A stretch of 62,220 nt of DNA from Macrostomum lignano. Taxonomy: Eukaryota. Of the stretch, positions 12,352 to 22,604 are shown in pieces. The stretch is from contig NIVC01002612.1 in assembly GCA_002269645.1 (NCBI GenBank), positions 1 through 62,220 on the forward strand. The letters are read 5' to 3'. Made by a program: the position numbers and the translations under genes. Below the pieces are notes generated by a model. The model saw nothing but the letters and a program-made list of their open reading frames with translations. It searched no databases and was not told where the DNA came from. Each line of letters starts with the position of its first letter. The first letter of the stretch is position 1.

Positions 12352-12722
12352 CAAGTCAGTGACCCACTCCTGCAGACTGTAGAGTGATAAGTCAGTGACC
12401 CACTCCTGCAGACTGTAGTGTGATAAGTCAGTGACCCACTCCTGCAGACTGTAGAGTGATAAGTCAGTGACCCACTCCTGCAGACTGTAGAGTGATAAGT
12501 CAGTGACCCACTCCTGCAGACTGACTGTAGACTGGCAAGTCAGTGACCCACTCCTGCAGACTGACTGTATACTGGCAAGTCAGTGACCCACTCCTGCAGA
12601 CTGACTGTAGACTGGCAAGTCAGTGACCCACTCCTGCAGACTGACTGTAGACTGGCAAGTCAGTGACCCACTCCTGCAGACTGACTGTAGACTGGCAAGT
12701 CAGTGACCCACTCCTGCAGACT
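12352..12722. repeat. 36/40-bp minisatellite (GTCAGTGACCCACTCCTGCAGACTGTAGAGTGATAA)n
   Basis: About 5 units of 36 bp followed by about 5 units of a 40-bp variant. Confidence 0.95.
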
Positions 12723-13101
12723 GTTAGAGCTACAAGGAGGTAATATGAACCTTTAGTGGGTTTAAGCCATAGACGTTTGTATTAAAAACAGATGCGCATC
12801 AAAACCTTCTATAAATAGCAACTGTCTAAAAACACTCAAACATGACAGCTCGCGTACTTGTATAAATACACTTGAATAAAAAAGCCATAGACAATTTTCA
12901 TGAATTCTGAATCATAGGAGAAACGTTTACCATAGACAACTGAATAGTGGCTGTGGTCTATTTTATTTTGCTGATTCCTCAAACGGTAATTTGATAGCCT
13001 ATGAGTAGATTCTCTCAGTCAATTCTACCGTATAACTAAAGAATAACTACTACTCGTAAAGTAACTAAAAAAAGAATTTCAGTGGCCAACTAGCTAGGCC
13101 A

Positions 13102-13626
13102 ATGCTTGACTGGATGATAGTTGCTGTCGGCGGCGGCCTGCTTGCTGCCGGCTGCGCGGCCGGTTCCGTGGCAACCAAACTGCTTCAACGGCTGCTGTTC
13201 TCTCGCCGAGCAAAGAAAGAGTCGTCCAAGTCCCGAGCGGCCGCGGCGGCGGCGGATGACGCCGAGTCCGCTGGGGACGGCCGCGGCTGCGGCGGAGCAG
13301 GCAACGGCGACGGTATGGAGGATCTGCTGTTCGACGAGAAGCTCAAGCTGCTGGTGCTGAAGGAGAACTTGAAGAAGAAGCTGCGCCAGCAGAAACAGCT
13401 GATCAGGCAGCTGATGCTGGGTGCCAGCGATGGAGGCCAGGCCAGCGCCAGCTCGACGCCAACTGTCGGCTGCTCCGGGGACGTCGAGGCCGGCCGCGGC
13501 GAAGGCGGCGGCGAAGCGACGAGCAGCGGCGAGGCGGCGAGGCGCACCAGTGAACGACAGTCGAAACAGGAGGCTGAGGCGGAGTTCTTTGCCGCAGAGT
13601 TGCAGCTGTCCAACTGGCAGAACTGA
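13102..13626 (+). CDS. Gene B: intronless 174-aa hypothetical protein with N-terminal hydrophobic anchor and short coiled coil
   Basis: ATG to TGA, GC3-rich island in AT-rich DNA. Hydrophobic MIVAVGGGLLAAGCAAGSVATKLL is followed by basic RRAKK; coiled coil EKLKLLVLKENLKKKLRQQKQLIRQL. Confidence 0.65.
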   Translation: MLDWMIVAVGGGLLAAGCAAGSVATKLLQRLLFSRRAKKESSKSRAAAAAADDAESAGDGRGCGGAGNGDGMEDLLFDEKLKLLVLKENLKKKLRQQKQLIRQLMLGASDGGQASASSTPTVGCSGDVEAGRGEGGGEATSSGEAARRTSERQSKQEAEAEFFAAELQLSNWQN

Positions 13627-14163
13627 GGCCGGCATTAGCATTCTAGCGCATGACTTGTACTCATATTACCGAATTAGTAACTTGCTTGTTTGCTTTTAAA
13701 AGCGTAAGTTTGGCCTATCATTAATAATATTATCCAAGAACACGTTAGTGGAAGGAAGCATTTTTAGAGGAAGGAACAAGTTTACCTGCTTTCCGCAACC
13801 TGCTGACAAATATTTGAGCAGATTGGCATTGCGAAATCTATAACTGGTAATTTGATTCAAGTTTCAACTGGTCTTTTGAGAGTGTGCCAAAGTCAGATGT
13901 AGTACGCACTCATACACACGCTCACACAGGGTGTACAGCGGCCCTTTGACTTTCCAATCGTCAGGCATGTACACTCTGTGCCATGGGGGATGTCCTCATG
14001 GGTGTGAAACCAATTTTCGTGCACAAGCCCCCAGATAAATGTGGCCAAACACGGAATCGAAGCAGGGGTCGTGGCCCCAGCCAGCTGCTCTGCCCATTGA
14101 TAACCTTGCATACCAGCCTACTATTATAAGTAACTAGATTTGCGATAAAACGTATTTAGTAAC

Positions 14164-14613
14164 CACAGATACTAGAATTACTAGAGATAGGCCACTTAGT
14201 ACATTTGCGTGCAAGCTACTTTCAGTTCAGTAAGTTAAACAAAAGCATTTTACTGTATTTTTAAAGCCAACACTCATTTATTGGCTCTTTTATTACCCAT
14301 TCATTGATTACCCTCCAACCGCGCCTTTCCTTAATACCCCCCCGCGCACCCCAATTTTTATTGCCTTTCTCGGAATTCCAGCCTAAAGCTGCCATGTACA
14401 TTTCAGTGGACTGGCTAATGTACATTATTGCTGAGCCAATTAGCAAGTTGTTTACGCCTGCAAGCTTGGGGCTTCTAAACTTATCAAAGTCATTTCAGCT
14501 GCCTATTTTATAAAATAGCTTATGCATTCTTCTTTGCTACTGAACTGAAAGTAGAAGGCTGTTTTGCTAAGTATAAATGCCTGAGTGACCCATCCAGCTA
14601 TTTTAGTATTGTG
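14164..14613. mobile_element. MITE family M1 copy with 8-bp TSD
   Basis: Termini CACAGATACT / AGTATTGTG; flanks TTAGTAAC (14156-14163) and TCAGTAAC (14614-14621). Confidence 0.85.
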
Positions 14614-15040
14614 TCAGTAACAGGAGACAGATGCCAGTTAATTATTAACTGTAAAAATTACATTAACAACCCTGGAGCACAAAGTAAAAATTTCACCATT
14701 CCAGATGGCAAATTAAAAAATCTAATAAGCATACTTTGTCTGTACTTATAGTAGCCACTACAGTATCGCTTTAAAAACAAACGCACATAAAATTATTGGA
14801 AGATCTATATACTGGAAAGAAATATGATTTTTTAGTTTTCGAATATTTTGTAGAAAAGTAATAGTAGAAATTATTTAAGGTCGTGATTTGCAAAGCTGTC
14901 TTGATAAAAATATCAGCTACACAAGCACCTAGTCTAGAACAGTTGATTAATTAATAAAATGTGAGACGATGTGAGTTATTTCTGCGTACTGCATACGTAG
15001 CGTCCTTTTTTAATTCTAATACCTGCAGTTTCTAGTCAGG

Positions 15041-15796
15041 TTAATATTCATCTCTGGTGTCAGAGTTCCAACTGCCGGCTTCTTGCTGCTCCAGCAGGCC
15101 CGTGTTGCTTCTGGCTGCCGACTTTATGCTCGTGGCGATCTTCTCCACCTCTGACCAGCGGGACGCCTGCGGGTGTCGCATTGATTGGCCTCTCAGACTC
15201 TCGGTGGGACTGGGTGGGCTCTCAGACTCTCGGTGGGACTGGGTGGGCTCTCAGACTCTCGGTGGGACTGGGTGGGCTCTCAGACTCTCGGTGGGACTGG
15301 GTGGGCTCTCAGACTCTCGGTGGGACTGGGTGGTTTTTCAGACTCTCGGTGGGACTGGGTGGGCTCTCAGACTCTCAGTGGGACTGGGTGGGCTCTCAGA
15401 CTCTCGGTGGGACTGGGTGGGCTCTCAGACTCTCGGTGGGACTGGGTGGGCTCTCAGACTCTCGGTGGGACTGGGTGGTTTCTCAGACTCTCGGTGGGAC
15501 TGGGTGGGCTCTCAGACTCTCAGTGGGACTGGGTGGGCTCTCAGACTCTCAGTGGGACTGGGTGGACTCTCAGACTCTCGGTGGGACTGGGTGGGCTCTC
15601 AGACTCTCGTTGGGACTGGGTGGGATCTCAGACTCTCGGTGGGACTGGGTGGACTCTCAGACTCTCGGTGGGACTGGGTGGACTCTCAGACTCTCGGTGG
15701 GACTGGGTGGACTCTCAGACTCTCGGTGGGACTGGGTGGACTCTCAGACTCTCAGACTCTCAGTGGGACTGGGTGGACAGACAGACAGACATACAT

Positions 15797-15883
<87 letters not shown>

Positions 15884-15884
15884 T

Positions 15885-15918
<34 letters not shown>

Positions 15919-18494
15919 CTGCAGCTCCTGCAGCTTGCTGAGCTCAGCCTGCAGCTGACTGAGCCGAACCTCCGAGCTCTCCACGGCCGCACTGACGGTT
16001 GCCTTCTCCGCCCTCTTCCTCTCCAGCTCGGCCTCCAGCCCGCGCACCTGCCTGGCCAGCTGAGCATTGTCCCGCTGCAGCTGGCGGCAGTGGCGGGTCA
16101 GCTCCGTCACTCCGCCGGCCGCCCCATCGGCCTCGAGCTGGGCCAGCCGGCGGGTCAGCTCGGAGGCCTCGCGAGCCGTGAGGGCGGCCTGAACAGTTGA
16201 AGGTCACATCGCTTTGTAGAAAATAGCAACAAATTCGACTTTAAAGTCTTTCCTACTAGCCATACTGCTAATACAAGCTGATTTAAGCATAACAAATTTA
16301 TTAAAGATTTATTAAATGTACAGGTATGTAAGCGTCTGCCTGACGTCACTTCTAAAAATAGAATATTACTACTTATTTTAGTCGAATTATTTGAGTGACG
16401 TCATTTTTACAATAGAGTACTAATGGTATCAATCAAGTCATGTGTATGACGTCATTTCTAAAAATAGATTACTAATGAAATCACGTCTATGACGTCTTTT
16501 CTAAAAATAGCTTTTGCGCAAACAAAACCTCTTACAGTAATGCAATCTGGCCCCTAACAAACCATCGCACCTGCTGCTCCAGCTGCCGTTCCCGCTCCCT
16601 CAGTCGGGCCACCTCTTCGGCGCCTGCAGTCGTCGACGAGCGCGGCGCCAGCTCCGCTTCAAGCCGGCGCACGGCAGCCTCCAGGGCAGCGTTGCGGTTG
16701 GCCAGGGCGGCCAGGTCCTCAGCTCGGACGTAGGCGGTGCCTGATGCAGATTTTGCTCGCCGCCTCAGACGGCGATTCTCTTCGCGCAGCAGGCGGGCCG
16801 TGGCAGACAACGTTGCTGAATCGTCGCCAAGGCCGGCGAGACTTGCCATCTGGCGCTCCAGCCGGCGAACCTCGGCTTCCAGGCGGGCGACGGCGGCTCG
16901 TTCGGAGCTGACGGCTGCGCCGGTGGCGGCCAGTTTTGAGAGCGCAGAATTCAGCTGGGCTGCCAGACAGGAGGGGTAGAAGGTGGTGTGTTGGCGGCTT
17001 TGGTGGGGGGCTAGGGTTAGGGTTATGTCAGTCAGTCAGTCAGTCAGTCAGTCAGTCAGTCAGTCAGTCAGTCAGTCAGTCAGTCAGTCAGTCAGTCAGT
17101 CAGTCAGTCAGTCAGTCAGTCAGTCAGTCAGTCAGTCAGTCAGTCAGTCAGTCAGTCAGTCAGTCAGTCAGTCAGTCAGTCAGTCAGCCGGACAATCAGC
17201 CGAAAGCACTCACTCCGCAGGGTTCGCGCCCGGTCATCATACAGTCGGGCCTCCCCATCGAGACCCTCCAGCTGGGCTACCCGACGCCGCAGTGCGGCCA
17301 CGCGCAGCCGGAGTTCGTCCCGCTCCTGCTGACGCGTCAGAAGCTCCTCCTCCTCGGCGCGAACAGCTGCGGCAGCGGCGGTGGCATCTTCGCGAGCACC
17401 GGCCTCCTCTTCCTCGCGATCGGCCAGCCTGGAGGCCAGGTAGATGACTCGCCGCTGCAGCTCGTCGGCGGCGGCGTCCTTGCGCGCGCTGTCAGCCTGC
17501 AGATCGTCCATCTTCTTCTCCAGAGCCTTCAGCTCCTGCAGCAGGCGGTCGTTGGCAGGCTCCGGCGCCTCGCGCTGCTGCTGGCTGGCGGAGGAGTCCA
17601 GCACTCTTGAGCGCGTTGATTGTGCGAGTAGCTGAGTTAAGGAATGCATTGATTGATGGGCAGATGTGCGACCGACAGCTCAGCCGCAGCATCTGAAGGC
17701 TGAGTACGGCTGTTCAGTCCAAGGACTGGGGGGTCGCCACACAAACCCTGAGTTACCCCAGCTAATGCTGGCACCCATTTTACAGCTGGGTGAACTGAAG
17801 CAATGCAAAGTTAAGTGTCTTGATCAAGGCCACACATTTTTCCAGTAGGATCGGGAATCGAACCCCCGACCTTTAAGTCGTGAAGCACTAGGCTACAACC
17901 CTCTCTTAATACCCATCTTTCTTTTTAGTGAAAGAAATCATTAAATATACGAGCGTAATTACTATACAATCTGAAATCCTAACGACTAAAGACCCCCTGT
18001 TCTTTCTTGATTTTGTTTTAAACGAACTGAAAAAAGGATATAAGTCGCCGTTTTCAATTTCAAGCAGGCGAATCTGCTGCTGCAAAGCCAGGGTGTACTC
18101 CCTCTCCAGAGCTGCCGTGACTGACAGGTCGCCAGGTTTCTTTCTATAGTAAATTGAAGGATGGCATTGTTTGTTGCTTAAAATATGAATGCATTCTAGA
18201 ATATTGAAAATTTGAATAAACAGAATCGCCTCAATGATCACCTTTGGGTGAAATCGCGCGGTTTAAACAAATCGCCAGAGTAGCTCAGCTTTTTGTTGGC
18301 GTCTAAAAACCGATACAGTTGAGTTTTATAGTCCGGAAATATACTTATATTTATACATAGGGACTAATTAGTCAAAGCGGAAAACCTGGGTCCAGGGCTC
18401 GCAGCGACCGGCGCCATTGGCCAACGTCGGGCGAGGGATCGGCGACACCGTCCAACGTGCGGTAGGCGCTGACGGACCTGCGCATGCTGGACAT
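15041..18494 (-). CDS. Gene C: 7-exon, 485-aa long coiled-coil protein (family not recognised)
   Basis: Exons 18494-18386, 18302-18242, 18143-18042, 17614-17214, 16959-16571, 16188-15919 and 15166-15041 sum to 1458 nt (in frame, ending TAA). Heptad-rich E/R/L/A sequence. Intron 3 is AT-AC type; its 3' boundary is the least certain. Confidence 0.8.
15190..15775. repeat. 29-bp minisatellite (GGGACTGGGTGGGCTCTCAGACTCTCGGT)n in gene C intron 6
   Basis: Direct reading; its reverse complement contains the 21-bp core of the 8690-11335 array. Confidence 0.95.
15776..15918. repeat. (GACA)n microsatellite beginning exactly at the GT donor of gene C intron 6
   Basis: Minus strand reads CAG|GTCTGTCTGTCT... 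Confidence 0.95.
16341..16510. repeat. ~50-bp degenerate repeat carrying TGACGTCA palindromes
   Basis: TGACGTCA at 16341, 16396 and 16447; TGACGTCT at 16490; each is followed by ..TCTAAAAATAG-like sequence. Confidence 0.75.
17027..17188. repeat. (CAGT)n microsatellite in gene C intron 4
   Basis: Direct reading. Confidence 0.97.
17615..18041 (-). other. Putative U12-type (minor spliceosome) AT-AC intron in gene C
   Basis: 5' end ATATCCTTT (18041-18033), branch site TTCCTTAAC (17644-17636), AC acceptor at 17616-17615 that restores the frame (..EIENGDL/RSRVLDSS..). No usable GT donor lies near the exon end. Confidence 0.75.
17658..17901 (-). mobile_element. tRNA-derived SINE (family S1), full length, inside the AT-AC intron
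   Basis: Minus strand begins GGGTTGTAGCCTAGTG (A-box) ... GGTTCGATTCCC (B-box); same body as 43139-43412. Confidence 0.88.
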
Positions 18495-21134
18495 GGCGCT
18501 GAAACATTGGAAGAAACTCTTACATTTCTCCTGCTCAGTCTGCTGATATTTTAAGCTTTTATTATTCTAAAAATTCTGTATAAAAAATTGAGGTCTAATC
18601 AGTTATTGCATGCAGATTTCACTAGTAATATAATTTTTTTAAATCAGTAAACATAAGTCTTAAAAGATATTTTTTGATTGAATTTTTAATTTCATGTTTA
18701 GATTATATTACAATAAAAAGCTTAATTAATTATTCTGAGCCAAAATTAGTTATGACATACATAAATGTAGGGTTGTATTGATATGATTAGCCATGAAATC
18801 ATCATCATCAATCGTTCAATATCTGGGTTTATCTATATTGTTTTCGTCAATTAATAACCAAAATGTGTATGTATTTATTTGTTTTGTAGCTAAAAATGCA
18901 AATTGCAAAATGTGGAAAAATAACATAGAAAAACATATGACCCGATATATGTAATTTTGAGCCATTACTTTTATCTTCAGTTTTTGCTTGTACTGATTAG
19001 CGGTAATAAAATTGAAATAGCTAATTTAAAAGCAATATTTGAATGAAGATATTATATACAAGGACCACTAGGAACACTTCGTTATAAAGTCTAGTCTAGT
19101 AGTTCTTTATTATAGAATAGTTGTATTAAGACGTTATTGGGATAAAAATACTATATATACAACATTTTAGAAGGTTTTTTAGCTTAATTATACAAATAAA
19201 AACTTTATCTTAGTTACAAAAACATTATTTTCAGTTGTGACTGCGACAGTGCGACACCAGAGCAGAGAAATAGGTTAAATAAAGCATAAGTAACTTGAAC
19301 CGACATACTATAGAAAATAAAGGAATCAGTTTATCTTTAAGTTAATCACTTTGAAATTTTACTTTGGTGTTTTACATGTTTCTTAGCTAATAATTTAAAA
19401 AATCACTGCATCTAGGATGAGTCCTACAGTGCACAATTTAATTACACATAAATGAAACCGATTTGTAAAATGGAGACCAAACATGTGGTATAGCAATAAG
19501 TTTTTGCGTAAAATAAGTTTAAGTTAATTTTTTTTATTATTATTTTTATAAATCTGCAAGTTACCAACTTTTTGGTTATTTTTAGAGTACTATTACTTTT
19601 GTACAAAAAAGATTTGTTTTTATGAACAATTTTCCGGAAGCATTCAATCTCTAGACTTTTGTAATCATTTTACTGCTCTACAGGGATGTTACTTAGCAGT
19701 AGCTACGTAGCCTTCCGTTTTCAACTACAATCAACAAGAAATTGCAGCAAATTTGAAAGCACCAAGGCGGAATTATGAAATATGCCGAAACACTACTGAC
19801 AACCGTGTGCGAAGTAACTAATACTTTGCACCTATTTTCTAATGATAATTTTGCTGCCCTAAAATTTAAAAATATTTTAATCTCTTGAATGTCACTTTTT
19901 CTGATTCGCAATAGAGTAGTGTAGAACGAATGATATCTCACTTTTAGACAATTATTTGCATTTATAGACAATGATTTGTCCTTATTGTCATCTTTGTTAT
20001 CGGACACCATGTGCATCCAATAACTTAAATTTCTGAAAGAAAACAAGCCCATAAAGATTATCAAAATCTTACAGCAGCCGTTGCTACCGCCAGCCAAACA
20101 CACTTAATATTAATTTTAGCTGAAGTGACAGATAGCTAAATTTATTGCTGTACATAATATTAATGAACTTCAATGATACATTCAATGAACTATTACTAAT
20201 ATATATAAGTCAATGAATAGTTAAAACTGTGTTTTTAACCCCAAACGTTAATTTACAAGACATGATTAATAAACAAATGTAGGCACACAAGCCAACAACT
20301 TACTCAGACAATCATTAAGGCAATTACATCAATGGATATCAGTGCTTACAATAAATGTTTATATAGTAAACTAAACAACGGAGTTCACTGCACACGAGCC
20401 GACTTAGAGAAGCGACAAAATTCACAGTTTATCAACTTTTTTAAATCAGGCTTTAAAAAACAAAAAGTCAGAAAAAACATTAAAACGGTAATCCCCTAAA
20501 CTTTGCTGCTTTTAGAACTGACAGATTGAAGAAGAAAAACGCACAACAACGATTGAAAAAAGACCACAGTCAACATATAAAAGGGTGTGAAAAAGCTTCA
20601 ATTCTACATAGCATATCTCATGGGGAGGTTAGCGGGTGCAAGCGGGTCTCTATGAGTGTATCCTCTGCAGCACAGAGCCTAAACAGTAACATATAGATAT
20701 AGATATGACAGATATTGTATATAATTCTATTGAAATCACAATAGCCATAAAACACAATAGTGTAAGTAAAATGTTATTAGTGGCTTTAATACCAGACACT
20801 GCTATTGATGCATCAATACTCTTTATCCAATTTATTATGTTCCCATATAAACAATAGCTCATAATAAAGAGAAAGAACTCACAACATAGCCGGAGATGTA
20901 TCTATGGGTGACAAATTTACAGTGCTTGCCTTATTCACTGGCAATTATAACCAACAGTGCCGTAATGCTGCAGATGAGGCTAAATGTTCACGAGGGACAG
21001 ACAGAAACTGAGAAACCTCAGTATAATGTAAAAACGCAAGTATTCACTTTTACTGTATAATTTTAACTGCTTTCATGGGTTGAACATTTTAACATTTTCT
21101 TGGGTTTTAGTCCAAAAAAAATCCGGTGATTCAG

Positions 21135-21560
21135 TCCTCAAACCCTGTGATTCAGATCCCAAACCCTGTAATTCAGACCCCAAATCTTGTGATTCAGATC
21201 CCAAACCCTGTGATTCAGATCCCAAATCTTGTGATTCAGATCCCAAACCTTGTAATTCAGATCCCAAATCTTGTGATTCAGATCCCAAACCCTGTGATTC
21301 AGACCCCAAATCTTGTGATTCAGATCCCAAACCCTGTGATTCAGATCCCAAACCCTGTGACTCAGATCCCAAACCCTGTGATTCAGATCCCAAACCCTGT
21401 GATTCAGATCCCAAACCCTGTGATTCAGATCCCAAACCCTGTGATTCAGATCCCAAACCCTGTGATTCAGATCCCAAACCCTGTGACTCAGATCCCAAAC
21501 CCTGTGATTCAGATCCCAAATCCTGTGATTCAGATCCCAAACCCTGTGATTCAGATCCCA
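21135..21560. repeat. 21-bp minisatellite (GTGATTCAGATCCCAAACCCT)n, ~20 units
   Basis: Direct reading; it explains four overlapping repeat ORFs. Confidence 0.97.
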
Positions 21561-22071
21561 AATCCTGTAACTTAGATCTAAAATCTTGAAGTTGAAATCT
21601 AAAATCAAGTGCAGAAAAAATCTAGAAAACTCTAATCTTGATGTTAGTAGGAATTAGTAAGCTATATGTATAGTATACTCATACAATAAATAGCTGCTAA
21701 TTCTGATCAAGAACATTAATCAGATTAAACAGGGACATCAAGAGCAACAAAACTGCAGAAGAACTGGTTCCAAATGACCTACAAGCAACATGCCGTTAAG
21801 ACGCAAAAAGACCAGATTTAGTAACAGCACTAAGGTTATATTATATTTCTCTAACACTAATAATCTAAAAACATGAAGTCACAGATGATGGGCTATGATT
21901 TGAATTCACGCAATAAAATTTGCAGTAAAGGTATTTGCAAAACCTACTTCATATAGCAGCAACTCAGAAGGCAGTTAGTTAATCAGTTGGCTTCAATTTC
22001 CATGTAAAGAAACTGTATGCACCGTAGTGCCAGGATTCTCACAGTGCATTTTACCAAAATAAAAAACTGAA

Positions 22072-22510
22072 GGTTATGACCAACACACTAAGGTCTATGA
22101 CCAGCTAACACTAAGGTCTATGACCAGCTAACACACATTATACATGCGCAACCTTGGGAATCACTCGGCCGTTTCTATTGGCAACACACACACATGTAAG
22201 TCGCTATTGGCTGAGAGCAGTCACGTGACTACTATTCCGTCCAATAGCGACTTACATGTGTGTGTTGCCAATAGAAACGGCCGGGTGAATCCCAAGGTTG
22301 CGCTCAAGCATGAACACACTGAGGGCTATGACCAGCTAACACACTGAGGGCTTTGACCAGCTAACACACTGAGAGGGCTATGACCAGCTAACACACTGAG
22401 AGAGGGCCATGACCAGCTAACACACTGAGAGAGGGCCATGACCAGCTAACACACTGAGAGAGGGCCAAGACCAGCTAACACACTGAGAGGGCTATGACCA
22501 GCTAACACTG
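22072..22510. repeat. 23-29-bp minisatellite (ATGACCAGCTAACACACTGAGAGAGGGCC)n interrupted by a foldback element
   Basis: Units lie on both sides of 22141-22312. Confidence 0.9.
22141..22312. mobile_element. Foldback/hairpin MITE with ~65-bp near-perfect inverted arms
   Basis: Arm 22146-22210 (GCGCAACCTTGGGAATCACTCGGCCGTTTCTATTGGCAAC..GTAAGTCGCTATTGG) pairs with 22241-22303. A partial copy is at 24516-24590. Confidence 0.85.
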
Positions 22511-22604
22511 GGAGGCCCATGACCAGCAAACAAAAAGCCAATCTGGTTTCTGAACTGAGATTCCAGCCAAACCCCACGGTGCGGACCCAGACCGCCAAGG
22601 GTAT

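Noticed and set aside
12352-12722. 36-bp repeats as a CRISPR array
   Set aside because: Units are head-to-tail with no unique spacers, there are no cas genes and the context is eukaryotic. The same applies to all other arrays in the window.
15057-16200. Plus-strand 294/339/257-aa ORFs
   Set aside because: Minisatellite and (GACA)n read-through antisense to gene C.
19693-20103. 136-aa minus-strand ORF
   Set aside because: AT-rich, no recognisable motif, codon style unlike the real genes here, no convincing splice sites.
21073-21608. CDSDPKP repeat ORF resembling a metal-binding or antifreeze protein
   Set aside because: Open in four frames because of a stop-free 21-bp unit; no unique flanking coding sequence.
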